Shown here: in pieces, positions 37,521-47,767 of the stretch
Numbering within the stretch: position 1 is the first letter of the stretch
Layout: every line of letters starts with the position of its first letter
NCBI GenBank assembly: GCA_903928075.1
Contig: CAIYPD010000076.1
Span: 10,292 to 74,291, forward strand
Direction of reading: 5' to 3'
Length of the DNA stretch: 64,000 nt
Source of the DNA: Candidatus Firestoneibacteriota bacterium
GTDB lineage: Bacteria > Oederibacteriota > D2-FULL-39-29
Made by a program: the position numbers and the translations under genes
Notes under the pieces: generated by a model
Databases searched by the model: none
What the model saw: the letters and a program-made list of their open reading frames with translations, nothing else
Told to the model about the DNA's origin: nothing

Positions 37521-38180
37521 TTATCTGCTTTTGTTGACTCCTATTTTAGCACAATAACCGCTCAATTTACAAATACTGCATCTCGGAGATACCGGGTGGC
37601 AGAGATTTTGCCCGTAGGTTACCAGGAGATCATTGATAATTTTCCAATGTTTTCTTGGAAGAATGCCCCGGAGTCTAAACTCTGTCTCTTCAGGGGTTTT
37701 TGTCTTTAAATAACCCCAGCGGTTGGTTATTCTATGCACATGTACATCCACACAGATGCCATACTTGTTAAACCCGAGCGTTAGAACCAAATTGGCAGTT
37801 TTTCGCCCAACGCCCCGGAGAGTTAAAAGCTCGTCAAGCGTATCTGGAACTTTTCCGTTAAATTTTTCCAGAAGCATTTTTGAAGTTGCTCTGATACTTT
37901 TTGCTTTCACTCTGTAAAAGCCTGCCGGGTAAATAGCCTTTTCTATCATCCTGTCGGTTAATTTAAGCATTTCTCCCGGGGTCCCGGCAAAACTAAAAAG
38001 CCTCTCTGAAGCCCGGGTAGTAACATCATCTTTAGTGCGAAGCGATATCATGGTGGAAACCAGGATTTTAAAAGGATCCCGGGTGGCTTTTGCCAGTACA
38101 CCGACTATAGGTTCTTTATATTTTTTTATTTCCTCTTTGAGTATTTTTACTACGGCATCGATATTTTTATTGGTAACCAT
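37521..38180 (-). CDS. nth: endonuclease III
   Basis: HhH-GPD LTLRGVGRKTANLVL. C-terminal [4Fe-4S] CHPVSPRCSICKLSGYC. Confidence 0.9.
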   Translation of the reverse strand: MVTNKNIDAVVKILKEEIKKYKEPIVGVLAKATRDPFKILVSTMISLRTKDDVTTRASERLFSFAGTPGEMLKLTDRMIEKAIYPAGFYRVKAKSIRATSKMLLEKFNGKVPDTLDELLTLRGVGRKTANLVLTLGFNKYGICVDVHVHRITNRWGYLKTKTPEETEFRLRGILPRKHWKIINDLLVTYGQNLCHPVSPRCSICKLSGYCAKIGVNKSR

Positions 38181-39178
38181 TAAACTAAGTCAGCCATTGT
38201 TTTAATCTGCTCCACGGTGCCCAAAACGACCAGGGTATCATTTTTATTAATTACCGTCGAGCCGCGCGGATTGTACAAAAATTCAGAGGTTCCGCTTCTG
38301 ATTGCCACCACGCTTGCGCCTGTCTCCTCATAAATACCGGAGGCAAGGATGGTCTTTCCCGCTATCTTGGAAGCTTCTTTTATCACTATTTCTTCAAACC
38401 GGACACCCTTCTTGTCCCGGAGCATTCCGTCAAGAAAAGAAGCTGCAGTCGGCCGGACCATTTCTGAAGCCATCCGGAGTCCGCCTATCCTATTGGTAGA
38501 AACTGTTTTATCTGCCCCCGCTCGGATAAATTTTTGCTCCGAAAGGTCCTCCACACATTTTGTGACAATTCTTATTTCTTCATTAAGTTCTCTTGCTGTA
38601 AGTACAACAAATAAATTATCTTTATCAAAAGGCAGGCAGCAGAAGATGCCTTTGGCCGTTTTAATCCCGGCTTCAAGGAGGGCCTTATCATCGGCAGCAT
38701 CTCCTAGAATATATAGTAGCTCCCTGTTATTGAATTTACTGATATTATTTATTTCTTTGTCCACTATTACAAAAGGCCTTTTTGTTTGCAGCAGTTCCCC
38801 TATTATATGCTCGCCGAGTTCGCCGGAGCCGCAAACAATATAATGTTCTTTTAACCTGGCTATTTCTTTATCCATTCTGCCCCTCCGCAACAATCTTTGC
38901 AATTCACCTTCAGCTATCATCGTCGTTATCGTTAAAAGTCCGTAGGAGAAAACGCTGAGGCCGCCTATAATGAGAATAATAGTGAAAACTCTTCCTGTAT
39001 CCGAAAGCGGGTGAGTTTCTCCGTAGCCGATGGTGGCCAGAGTAATGGTCGTCATATAAACAGCGTCGAGAAAGCCCCACTTTTCGATGAGCTCGTAACC
39101 CAGAGTCCCGAAGAGGAAAACACTAAAAATAATCAGTATTAAAGTATAAAACTGCCTTTTAATGTCCATTGAGTACAT
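38180..39178 (-). CDS. two-TM K+ channel with RCK (TrkA-N/TrkA-C) domains, MthK-like
   Basis: Selectivity filter TIGYGE. Rossmann IVCGSGELGEHI. C-terminal TrkA-C. Confidence 0.75.
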   Translation of the reverse strand: MYSMDIKRQFYTLILIIFSVFLFGTLGYELIEKWGFLDAVYMTTITLATIGYGETHPLSDTGRVFTIILIIGGLSVFSYGLLTITTMIAEGELQRLLRRGRMDKEIARLKEHYIVCGSGELGEHIIGELLQTKRPFVIVDKEINNISKFNNRELLYILGDAADDKALLEAGIKTAKGIFCCLPFDKDNLFVVLTARELNEEIRIVTKCVEDLSEQKFIRAGADKTVSTNRIGGLRMASEMVRPTAASFLDGMLRDKKGVRFEEIVIKEASKIAGKTILASGIYEETGASVVAIRSGTSEFLYNPRGSTVINKNDTLVVLGTVEQIKTMADLV

Positions 39179-39227
39179 TATCTAACAGACTGGGAGGAAA
39201 ATCAAGGCTGAAATTCCAGCCTGATGA

Positions 39228-39255
39228 CACAGATGGGCAAAGAGATTACACAGAT
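39228..39255 (-). promoter_or_regulatory. paired CACAGAT direct repeats (21-bp spacing) upstream of the K+ channel gene
   Basis: GATGACACAGATGG ... AAAGAGATTACACAGATG. Confidence 0.5.
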
Positions 39256-39303
39256 GTTGCCTTGTGATTGTTTAAAATTTCTAGTTTAATGCTTCGAGTT
39301 TTG

Positions 39304-41286
39304 TTATTGCTCCATCTCTGATACATATTGCACTGCCTTATCTAATTCGGCATGATTACCCAGAACAACAAGCACATCATTTTCCGCAAGTAAAAAATCA
39401 CTCTTGGGATTAGTGGAGGCTTTTCCCTCGCGGACCACGGCAATCACGGTGGTTCCGGTCTCAGTCCGCAAATTTAACTCTGCTAAAGTTTGTCCGATGG
39501 CCTTCGAACCCGTTTTAATAAGCATCGTTTCCGTAAGAGTAAGATTTAGAATATCATTTAAATCCATAAGTTTTCCCGGCTCAAGAGATACAGACCGGAA
39601 CATATCGTAGGTGCCTTTTCTGACCAGACTTACCTCCTGTTCTATCACATTTCTCGGGACATGATACCTTGAAAGAACCCTGGAAAATATTTCTATAGAG
39701 GTTTCAAACTCTTCCGGAATTACTTCATCCGCCCCAAGTTTGGTCAAGGACGCCACATCTTCATTTGAAAGCGTCCTTACAACGGTATATATAGAAGGAT
39801 TCAATTCTTTAATAAGCCAGAGACCGTGTTCTGTGGCAATTGGATCAGAAATTGCGATTACCGCTACTTTGGCATTTTCAATCCCGGCTTCTTCGAGTAT
39901 CTCCCGTCTTGTAAAATCACCATACAGGACCGTGTCGCCATCGTCTTTAGCCGCCTGAATTTTCTCCGCATCCAGGTCCACAATTATATGTTTTATGCTT
40001 ACTTCATGAAGCACCCGGGAAAGATTCTTTCCGTTTAAACCAAAGCCGATAATAATCACATGGTTCTTGAGAGCATTTGTACTGATATTTTTTTCTTCTA
40101 TTTTCCCGGGATGTTTCAATAATTTCTGAAAAAAGAGCCCCAGACCCGGAGCTAAAGCAATAAAAAACGGCGCAGCAACCATACTCACAACCGAGACGGC
40201 TATGAAATATTCATATCTTATATTATTCATGATATTTAGCTCGTGGCCAAACTTCCCGAGCACAAAAGAAAATTCCCCTATCTGGGAAAGACAGAGCCCG
40301 GTAATAATTGCGATCCTTAAAGGAAATTTCAGATAGAGAACTACGGGAATTATGATAAGCGTCTTAAATATAGTAAGAGCAAGCGCACCCCCGAGAATCA
40401 GAGGCAAATTAGCCGCTAAAAAATTCATTCCCAGCAACATACCTATGGAAACAAAGAAAACGCTGTTAAAGCAATCCTTAAATGGAATAATATCGGAAAT
40501 AATCTGGTGGCTGTAATTGGACTTGGAAAGAATAATGCCGGCTAAAAAAGCTCCGATAGAAAGTGAAAGGCCTCCTATACGGAAAGAAAAGTACGCCGTG
40601 CCCAAACATACCGCAACTACGGTGAGCGTAAATATCTCCCGATTCTTTAACCGTACGATGTAATGCATTATTCTTGAAAGCACAAAATTTGCGACGAAAT
40701 ACAACGCCACTAACCCGAGAAGCGCAAAAAACAGCGCTTTTAAAAACACTCCGGCTTGCAAAGAGGCCGGGTCTTTTAAAAAGGGAAGGACTACCATCAA
40801 AGGGATTACAAAGAGATCCTGAAATAAAAGTATTCCGAGAGAAATGTTTCCGAAAGGCGAATCCGTTTCTTTCCTCTCGGCAAAGCTTTTCAAAACAATA
40901 GCCGTACTACTCAGGGAAATAAGAAATCCGGAAAGCACCGATAGTCCGGGATTGCCCGTAATAAAATAAAATGCTATACCGGCAACACCCGCCGTCAGGA
41001 ACACCTGCAAAAGCCCCCCGACCAGAAGAATTTTTCCCAGGGAAAGAAGACGGGAGAGCGAAAACTCAAGCCCTATTGAAAATAACAGGAGTATTACTCC
41101 GACTTCGGCCAGAATGTTTACGCTTGCGGCGTCAGATATAAGTTTAAAGCCGCCGGGCCCTATTAATACCCCTGCAATAATAAACCCCACGATAGACGGA
41201 ATTTTAAGTTTCTGAAATAGAAAAACTACAGGCAGAGAAATGAAAAGTATGACAACGAATTCTCTTAATATGGCAATATTTTCCAT
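39304..41286 (-). CDS. CPA2-family cation:proton antiporter (Kef-like) with C-terminal RCK domains
   Basis: 660 aa. About 12 TM helices. Then IIIGFGLNGKNLSRVL (TrkA-N Rossmann) and a TrkA-C domain. Confidence 0.8.
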   Translation of the reverse strand: MENIAILREFVVILFISLPVVFLFQKLKIPSIVGFIIAGVLIGPGGFKLISDAASVNILAEVGVILLLFSIGLEFSLSRLLSLGKILLVGGLLQVFLTAGVAGIAFYFITGNPGLSVLSGFLISLSSTAIVLKSFAERKETDSPFGNISLGILLFQDLFVIPLMVVLPFLKDPASLQAGVFLKALFFALLGLVALYFVANFVLSRIMHYIVRLKNREIFTLTVVAVCLGTAYFSFRIGGLSLSIGAFLAGIILSKSNYSHQIISDIIPFKDCFNSVFFVSIGMLLGMNFLAANLPLILGGALALTIFKTLIIIPVVLYLKFPLRIAIITGLCLSQIGEFSFVLGKFGHELNIMNNIRYEYFIAVSVVSMVAAPFFIALAPGLGLFFQKLLKHPGKIEEKNISTNALKNHVIIIGFGLNGKNLSRVLHEVSIKHIIVDLDAEKIQAAKDDGDTVLYGDFTRREILEEAGIENAKVAVIAISDPIATEHGLWLIKELNPSIYTVVRTLSNEDVASLTKLGADEVIPEEFETSIEIFSRVLSRYHVPRNVIEQEVSLVRKGTYDMFRSVSLEPGKLMDLNDILNLTLTETMLIKTGSKAIGQTLAELNLRTETGTTVIAVVREGKASTNPKSDFLLAENDVLVVLGNHAELDKAVQYVSEMEQ

Positions 41287-41395
41287 CTATTTTCCTCTGT
41301 TTATCGGCTCACAGGTTAATCCTATATTACATTAAACCTATTTGTAATTCAAGCTTTCTCAGAAAAGCTGATGGCATTGATAGGCAAAGAGATGG

Positions 41396-41425
41396 CACAG
41401 ATGGTTGTTGCCTGATTTCACAGAT
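41396..41425 (-). promoter_or_regulatory. paired CACAGAT direct repeats (23-bp spacing) upstream of the CPA2 antiporter gene
   Basis: AAAGAGATGGCACAGATGG ... GATTTCACAGATTTT. Confidence 0.5.
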
Positions 41426-41480
41426 TTTCAAAAAGATATCGCAGATAAAGCATTAAAACAATATTTCAGTATTTTTGTAG

Positions 41481-41580
41481 CTGCTAAGCATCTCCGCCAA
41501 ATTTGCTTGGCAAGATATCGTCCACCTTTGGTGAGATCTCGTCCGCCTAATGGCAGGACGGACCGTAGGCGGACAACCCC
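41481..41580. repeat. REP/MITE-like palindromic unit related to those at 15626-15770
   Basis: CTCCGCCAAATTTGCTTGGCAAGATATCG ... GAGATCTCGTCCGCCTAATGGCAGGACGGACCGTAGGCGGACAACCCC. Shares CTCC-(hairpin)-AGATCTCGC-TAATGGCGGA/GCGGACAACC with the 15.6-kb spacer. Confidence 0.6.
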
Positions 41581-41718
41581 TTGCAAACTGTTATTTTTAT
41601 TGTAATAAAACTCACTTTGATTTAAGTTGAAAAACGAAAATATTGTGCTATACTCTTTTAAGAAGAACACTGTGCAATGCAAAGAAAAATTATCAAAAAG
41701 ACCTAATTTGGAGGCAGT

Positions 41719-42798
41719 ATGAAAAAAATATTATTTTTACTTTCATTTCTTTTTGTCTTTTCCGGACTGCTTCCGGCTGAGACTACAGTTCTCAAGATTT
41801 CCGCGCTCTCGGGTGAAGTTGACTGCTCGCTTGCCGGCGGAGATTGGAAACCTGCTCTGCTTAATCAGGAACTTAACACCAGCGATAAGATAAGGACCAG
41901 AAACGGGAGGGCGGAGCTTCTTTTTTCTGAAGGAACAACCATAAGAATCAAGGAAAGTTCTCTCCTGGATCTCGAAAAAATACAGTGCGCGGGCGAAAGG
42001 CAGAATTCCTCTTTCAAACTTTTTTTTGGCGGGCTCAAGGCCAAAGTCACAAAGCTTAAGGCGGGTGGTTCCTTTGAGGTCTCAACCCCGAAGATTGTAG
42101 CCGCTATAAAGGGTACCGAGTTTATCCTCGACACCACAGAATTGTCAAGCGAACTTCGCGTGCTGGAAGGGGTGGTCGCGCTTTATGATCTTTTGCGGGT
42201 AAAAGAGCTTTTTATCAAAGAAAATGAGAAGGCGGAATACCGGGATGGCTTGCTCGGAAATCCGAGAGGCATGGAACCGGGAGAAGTTCAAGGCATTAAA
42301 ACACTTTATGAGTTTTCTTCAATAAGGAATGGACAAAATTCTCCCTTTTTTTCTCCTTCAGGCAGGGGTGACATAGAAGCAGATACGAAGGAGATGAAGG
42401 CCTTAAGAAATGATCTTGCGGATCTTAAGGATAGATCTAATCTTGAAGACAAACAGGATCTGCTCGAGAGAATCTCTGATGTGCAGCTTGGAAAGACTGC
42501 TATGGATATGCACGGTTACAGGGTTCGTACCGATAACTATGTTCTTCGCCCCAGACCGGATTTGCTGCAGCTCTTGAACATCACAAAAAGAGAAGGCGGA
42601 CCGGATGCAGGAATCTCTTCTTTTGAAATAAATGACACTTTTAATAAAAACCTGCCTGACAACTATATAGATGTTAAAGTGGCGATACGCGACAGTTCTA
42701 ACGGTATTGTTCTTAAAAATGGAAATCCTGACTACTGGCTAAAATTAGAAACTGCGGCCATAAGAAATCCTCATGGAGATGTCATTCTTAACGGATAA
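41719..42798 (+). CDS. secreted FecR-domain protein (possibly continues by frameshift into 42816-43208)
   Basis: Signal peptide MKKILFLLSFLFVFSGLLPA. FecR-like beta core GRAELLFSEGTTIRIKESS...IKGTEFIL. Confidence 0.55.
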   Translation: MKKILFLLSFLFVFSGLLPAETTVLKISALSGEVDCSLAGGDWKPALLNQELNTSDKIRTRNGRAELLFSEGTTIRIKESSLLDLEKIQCAGERQNSSFKLFFGGLKAKVTKLKAGGSFEVSTPKIVAAIKGTEFILDTTELSSELRVLEGVVALYDLLRVKELFIKENEKAEYRDGLLGNPRGMEPGEVQGIKTLYEFSSIRNGQNSPFFSPSGRGDIEADTKEMKALRNDLADLKDRSNLEDKQDLLERISDVQLGKTAMDMHGYRVRTDNYVLRPRPDLLQLLNITKREGGPDAGISSFEINDTFNKNLPDNYIDVKVAIRDSSNGIVLKNGNPDYWLKLETAAIRNPHGDVILNG

Positions 42799-42815
42799 AT
42801 CTTTCTGACCCAAGC

Positions 42816-43208
42816 TTGAATGGCACAAAATATGACCAGCCGTTTAACGAAACTTTCAAAATTAATGGCAAACTGAAATGGACCCATGATTATAATGCTA
42901 GTTTTCAAGAAACATATACCGACAATAATCCTTTAGGTGCTATCACTACTCCTGCCACCACTCTACCCTACACGGTTTCAGACCCGGTAAAGACTGCTGA
43001 CGGCGGGATTCTTTTTAAAGATACCTATGCTGACGGTTCCTATCTTGAAAAATATGTCTACCTGATCAATGATGCGGGGGCAATTCAACCGCTTGCGGAT
43101 ATCGGCAAGGCAAATCTAAACTGGGAGATGATCTACAAAGCGCCTGAATTCGGCGCCCGCTCCATTGACTTAATAGTTCTACCGGAAATCTTTAACGAAC
43201 TTTTCTAA
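42816..43208 (+). CDS. hypothetical protein / probable frameshifted C-terminal part of the FecR-domain gene
   Basis: No ATG (TTG only) and no SD. Frame opens 2 codons before the FecR stop. Composition is protein-like. Confidence 0.3.
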   Translation: MNGTKYDQPFNETFKINGKLKWTHDYNASFQETYTDNNPLGAITTPATTLPYTVSDPVKTADGGILFKDTYADGSYLEKYVYLINDAGAIQPLADIGKANLNWEMIYKAPEFGARSIDLIVLPEIFNELF

Positions 43209-43281
43209 GCAGTTTAATCAGACTACAAGTATCTGCAGTCCCCGGGCTTGCGGATACTTGTTATTAACGGAGGAATATTTA

Positions 43282-44469
43282 ATGAGAAGGCTTTTTTCTA
43301 TTCTAGTATTGGTTTTTATAGTGTCTACCGCAAAAGCAGAGTTCAAATTCATACCGCTCTTTGACGCAGATATTCGACTGGCCTATTCTTCCGTGCTGGA
43401 AAGCAGCGGCGGTTATTCCGGGTCCGGCTGGCTTTTCTTTATGCCTGCAATGAAACTCTCAGACAGCGATTATATCCTCCCGGTCTTTAATGTAAGTGTT
43501 TCCCTGAGCGAAAGAGTAATTGAAGAAGATACTCTCTTTTTAAGAAGAATGAATAACCTTGGCTCCCTTGCACTAAAACACAAGTTCAGTAAAGAACTTG
43601 AAGGGAAAATATCCTTCGATACCCGCTATAACTTTAATATGGAAACAAAAGACGAACCGTTCGGCAAAGGTCTTTACGACCTTTATGATTTGGGAGCTTC
43701 CGCTTCTATTTCCTTGAATTCTTTTTATAATGACAATCCTCTCCCTCTCACTTTTGGTGTAAAGTACTATCAGAGAAAATATCCTAACTATACTTCGCTC
43801 GCTCTGACAAATTCAACCGTGGTTAGTTTAACCGCAGGCAAGGAAGCCGCCCCCAAGGATTATAATGCTTTTGTATTTTCCACCGACTACAAGACAGTTT
43901 TCTCTCAGGCTTTTACCGACATTTCCTATAATCTTGTCCTGAAAAATTATTTGGACGCTTTCACCCGCACTTCTCAGGGGGCTATTTCCAATACCCTGCG
44001 CGTTGACGCGGTGCATTACCTTTCTGCCTCCGTCCAGCTTCCTTCGGCAGGTAAAACTCTTTTTGGCGCAGACCTTGATTTTACTCTCTATACCTCCAAC
44101 GGAAGTATATTTGATTCAGGAAATCTTGTTTATAACGACAATTATTACGGCTTTTTCAGCCTGGCACTTAAGCCTTATTACTCTTTCAACCTCACCGGAG
44201 ATTTAAACGCCGCTATTTTCTACCAGATACTTTTTAGAAACTATGCCAACAGAAAAGCGAGAACCAGCGGCGGTGCCTATACAAGCGACAATCAAAGCGA
44301 CACAGAAAACACTATTGGAATCTCCTTTAAGTACCCCGTAGACAAAAATTTCAGCCTGGTTGCGGGTTTTAGCTACATGGCTGTTGATTCCAATATGAAA
44401 TATCAGGATTTTGTAAAATATAATTTCAAAATTGTTTCTGCTTCGGCAGGCGTTTCTATGAGCTTCTAA
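43282..44469 (+). CDS. outer-membrane beta-barrel protein, hypothetical
   Basis: SD GGAGGAATATTTAATG. Signal peptide. Alternating amphipathic beta-strands. C-terminal ...GVSMSF (terminal Phe). Confidence 0.5.
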   Translation: MRRLFSILVLVFIVSTAKAEFKFIPLFDADIRLAYSSVLESSGGYSGSGWLFFMPAMKLSDSDYILPVFNVSVSLSERVIEEDTLFLRRMNNLGSLALKHKFSKELEGKISFDTRYNFNMETKDEPFGKGLYDLYDLGASASISLNSFYNDNPLPLTFGVKYYQRKYPNYTSLALTNSTVVSLTAGKEAAPKDYNAFVFSTDYKTVFSQAFTDISYNLVLKNYLDAFTRTSQGAISNTLRVDAVHYLSASVQLPSAGKTLFGADLDFTLYTSNGSIFDSGNLVYNDNYYGFFSLALKPYYSFNLTGDLNAAIFYQILFRNYANRKARTSGGAYTSDNQSDTENTIGISFKYPVDKNFSLVAGFSYMAVDSNMKYQDFVKYNFKIVSASAGVSMSF

Positions 44470-44515
44470 AATGCAGGGTCAAAAGGTCTTAGGTTAAGGA
44501 AGTTTTAAGTGCAGG

Positions 44516-47500
44516 TCATTTGGAATTAGCGAGGGCGCTGAAGTAGGTTAGAACTTCGTTTAGTTTGTCTGAAGAGTTTGAGATTAACTTAAAGTAACCC
44601 CGGCCTGTGTTTTTCATCTCAAAATTAATACTGTTTTCTGACTCAAAAATAGAAGAGATGCCTGCTTTTTTTGCTACCAGGCGAATCTTCACAATTTGGA
44701 GCAGATTCTCGGCCTCGAAAGGCAGAGTTCCGAACCGGTCAATAAGTTCTTCTTTTATTTTATCCACCCCCGGCAGGTCCTCTACGGCCATCAAATCTTT
44801 ATAAATATTTATTTTTAAGAATCCGTCGCTGACATAAGAATCCGGCAGATAAGCATTTGTCTTAATGTCAATTTCTATTTTCTCTTCCGGTATTCCTTCT
44901 TCGATACCTTTTGCTGCGTTTACAGCTTCCTTTAGGAGTTTCATATAGAGTTCAAGTCCGACCCGGCCTATCTGCCCGTGCTGTTCCTTCCCGAGAATAT
45001 TACCGGCACCTCTTATTTCAAGATCCTTCATCGCTATCGAAAAGCCCATAGAGAGTTCATCGCATTCTTCTATCGCCGCCAGACGCCTCATGGCGACATC
45101 CGTAAGTGACCTGTCTTTAGGATAGGTTAAATACGCAAAAGCCTGCACCCGGCTGCGCCCTACCCGTCCCCTAAGCTGATATAATTGTGAAAGCCCGAGA
45201 TCATCGGCATCTTCTATTATTATCGTGTTTGCGGAAGGATTATCCAGGCCCGCTTCAATAATAGTAGAGCAAACCAAAACATTGTATTTCTTCTCATAAA
45301 AATCCATCATTATTTTTTCCAGCCGGGGCCCGGGAAGTTGACCGTGGGCTACCGCTACCCTGGCTTCGGGCACCAGACGCTGTAGTCTGCTCGCAGCTCT
45401 TTGTATGGTTTTTACTTTATTGTAAACATAGTAAACTTCCCCGCCCCGCGCCAGTTCCTTGTTTATGGCGCCCCTGATTATTTTTTCGTTATACTCTATA
45501 ACATAGGTTTGGATAGCCATTCTTCCGGAGGGGGGTGTATTTATATTGCTGATTTCCCTTATACCGGAGAGTGAAAGATAGAGGGTCCGGGGTATGGGCG
45601 TGGCAGACAAACTTATGCAATACACTGTTTTTCTGAGTTTTTTTAATTTCTCTTTTTGCCCTACGCCGAATTTCTGTTCGTCATCCAGGATAAGCATCCC
45701 CAGGTCCTTGAATACAATATCCTCCTGGAGCAGCCGGTGCGTGCCGACAACTATATCAACAGTGCCCGCCTTTAATTTTTCCAGGGTCTTTCCTTGCTCT
45801 TTTTTTGCGCTAAATCTTGAAAGCATCGCAATGCTTACGGGATACTCCGCCATGCGCTCCTTGAAAGTTTTATAATGCTGTTCGGCAAGTATGGTAGTCG
45901 GACAGACAAAGGCAACCTGTTTGCCTTCAAGCGCGCATTTAAAAGCCGCGCGCAGCGCCACTTCCGTCTTACCAAAACCCACATCCCCGCAAACAAGCCG
46001 GTCAATGGGCCTTCCCTGCTCCATATCTTCTTTTACCTCAGAAATTGCGCGCAGCTGATCTTTGGTCTCTTCGTAAATAAACGAGTCCTCAAATTCTTTC
46101 TGCCAGGTCGTATCCGGCGGAAAAGCGTGGCCTTTTAGAGTCTCTCTTGCCGCATAAAGAAGCAAAAGGTCATCCGCCATTTTTTTAACATCTTCTTTGA
46201 CTTTTTCTTTGGCTTTTTCCCACTGGGAAGTCCCGAGATTAGATAAAACCGGAGTTTCCTCAAAACCGACATACTTTTGTATTTTATTTATGTCTTCGAC
46301 CGGGATATAAAGTTTATCGCCGTTTAAATATTCCAAAGTTACAAAATCTTTCTTTGTGCCGGAAAGTTCCAGACTGCTTAGGCCTAAAAACCGGCCTATA
46401 CCATAATTTTCATGTACCACCGCTTCTCCGGTGTTTATCTCAAAAACGCTCTTTACGGGTGCTCCGTCTTTAAAAAACCTACGCCTCCTCTTTGTGGCCG
46501 GCCTCGAATTGCCGTAACGCCCGAATATTTCATTGTCGGTAACAACTAACACACCGGCCTCAACAAAGTGAAACCCGCCGTGCAGTTCTCCTGTCAGATA
46601 TTTTACCGAAAGAACTGCGTTATTCTCCGTCAATATTTCGGCGAATCTTTCCTGCTCGCCGTTACTATTAAACAATAAAAATACTGCGGTGCCTTCTGCC
46701 TCATTTTTTTGCAATTCTTTTATAGCCAGGCCCGCATTTCCGTTAAAAGAAGGGAAACTTTTGGTTTTAATATTTATGCCGTCTGTGCCCCTTTGATTCA
46801 GTATTACCGGAAAATCACTTATTTTTGGAATGGAAAATTCGTTGCTAAGGGGTTCTTCAACATAGATAATAGTATTTTCCAGGAGATATTCGGTGACTTT
46901 TCCTTTTTTAAAACTATCTTCGGAAGCAGGATAAATCTCAATTTCCTCAATTTCTTTAGTAGATTTCTGCGTAAGGAGGTCGAAAACCCTTATCGTATCA
47001 ATATTATCCCCAAAAAAATCTATTCTTACCGGGTGTTCTTCCGTCAGGGAATAAATGTCAAGAATACCTCCCCGGACAGAAATATCCCCTTTTCTTTCTA
47101 CAAAGGCCTCCATCTTGTATCCGGCAGTTATCAACTGTTCAACCAGTGAAAGCAGGTTTAGTTCTTTTTCTTTCTTCAATTTGAAGACCGCGGTGGAAAA
47201 TTCTTTTTTTGACGGGACAGGTTGCGTGAAGGATTGGCGAGAAAACACGGCTACTTTAATTTTTTTCTGCAGCAAATCCTTAAGGCCTGAAAGGCGTTGT
47301 TCCTTGAGTTCTTTTGAAGGCGGAAGCCTGACCCCTTCGAGTTCTTCTAAAGCCGGAAAAAGAAGCAAACCTTCATTAAAAAATACCTGCAGATCGTAGA
47401 AAGCCCTTAGAGCCGAATCGTTATCTGGCAGAATCAAAAGGAGAGGGCGGCCAGAATCATTAAATATTGAATAGGCCAGGAAGGAATCAGCAGAGCCTTT

Positions 47501-47623
47501 AATTCCGCTAATCTCAATAGTTCCGGTTTTTTTTATTTTCTTCAAGAGCTCGCAGTAAACCGGACTCTTTAGGAGAAGGTTATCGAGGTTTTGAATGTAC
47601 GAAGCAGGTCTATAAAGATCCAT
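44516..47623 (-). CDS. mfd: transcription-repair coupling factor
   Basis: 1035 aa. Superfamily-2 helicase motifs GDVGFGKTEVALRAAF, DDEQKFGV, TATPIPRTL. C-terminal TRCF domain. Confidence 0.9.
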   Translation of the reverse strand: MDLYRPASYIQNLDNLLLKSPVYCELLKKIKKTGTIEISGIKGSADSFLAYSIFNDSGRPLLLILPDNDSALRAFYDLQVFFNEGLLLFPALEELEGVRLPPSKELKEQRLSGLKDLLQKKIKVAVFSRQSFTQPVPSKKEFSTAVFKLKKEKELNLLSLVEQLITAGYKMEAFVERKGDISVRGGILDIYSLTEEHPVRIDFFGDNIDTIRVFDLLTQKSTKEIEEIEIYPASEDSFKKGKVTEYLLENTIIYVEEPLSNEFSIPKISDFPVILNQRGTDGINIKTKSFPSFNGNAGLAIKELQKNEAEGTAVFLLFNSNGEQERFAEILTENNAVLSVKYLTGELHGGFHFVEAGVLVVTDNEIFGRYGNSRPATKRRRRFFKDGAPVKSVFEINTGEAVVHENYGIGRFLGLSSLELSGTKKDFVTLEYLNGDKLYIPVEDINKIQKYVGFEETPVLSNLGTSQWEKAKEKVKEDVKKMADDLLLLYAARETLKGHAFPPDTTWQKEFEDSFIYEETKDQLRAISEVKEDMEQGRPIDRLVCGDVGFGKTEVALRAAFKCALEGKQVAFVCPTTILAEQHYKTFKERMAEYPVSIAMLSRFSAKKEQGKTLEKLKAGTVDIVVGTHRLLQEDIVFKDLGMLILDDEQKFGVGQKEKLKKLRKTVYCISLSATPIPRTLYLSLSGIREISNINTPPSGRMAIQTYVIEYNEKIIRGAINKELARGGEVYYVYNKVKTIQRAASRLQRLVPEARVAVAHGQLPGPRLEKIMMDFYEKKYNVLVCSTIIEAGLDNPSANTIIIEDADDLGLSQLYQLRGRVGRSRVQAFAYLTYPKDRSLTDVAMRRLAAIEECDELSMGFSIAMKDLEIRGAGNILGKEQHGQIGRVGLELYMKLLKEAVNAAKGIEEGIPEEKIEIDIKTNAYLPDSYVSDGFLKINIYKDLMAVEDLPGVDKIKEELIDRFGTLPFEAENLLQIVKIRLVAKKAGISSIFESENSINFEMKNTGRGYFKLISNSSDKLNEVLTYFSALANSK

Positions 47624-47647
47624 AAATTTCTATCAAAGTCCTTAAAA

Positions 47648-47656
47648 GTCTGTAAG
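47648..47656 (+). repeat. single inverted copy of the decamer (GTCTGTAAG), about 110 bp left of the 47768 array
   Basis: Read directly. Together with the array it brackets a 110-bp AT-rich segment. Confidence 0.5.
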
Positions 47657-47699
47657 CAGAATTTTTTCGATATGAAATACATCGTATAGACAACATCCG

Positions 47700-47727
47700 T
47701 TGACAAAACGAAACAATTATTTATAAT
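47700..47727 (+). promoter_or_regulatory. consensus sigma70-like promoter (TTGACA-N16-TATAAT) on the plus strand, pointing into the decamer array
   Basis: TTGACA at 47700-47705, 16-nt spacer, TATAAT at 47722-47727. No plus-strand gene downstream. Confidence 0.35.
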
Positions 47728-47767
47728 CAATTTTTTCAATTCAATTAATATATTTCCTAAGTACAAA

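Noticed and set aside
41405-41682. Two small ORFs (66 and 84 aa) in the CPA2/FecR intergenic region
   Set aside because: They overlap the REP-like repeat unit and CACAGAT motifs. Their translations are Arg/Pro-rich repeat artefacts.
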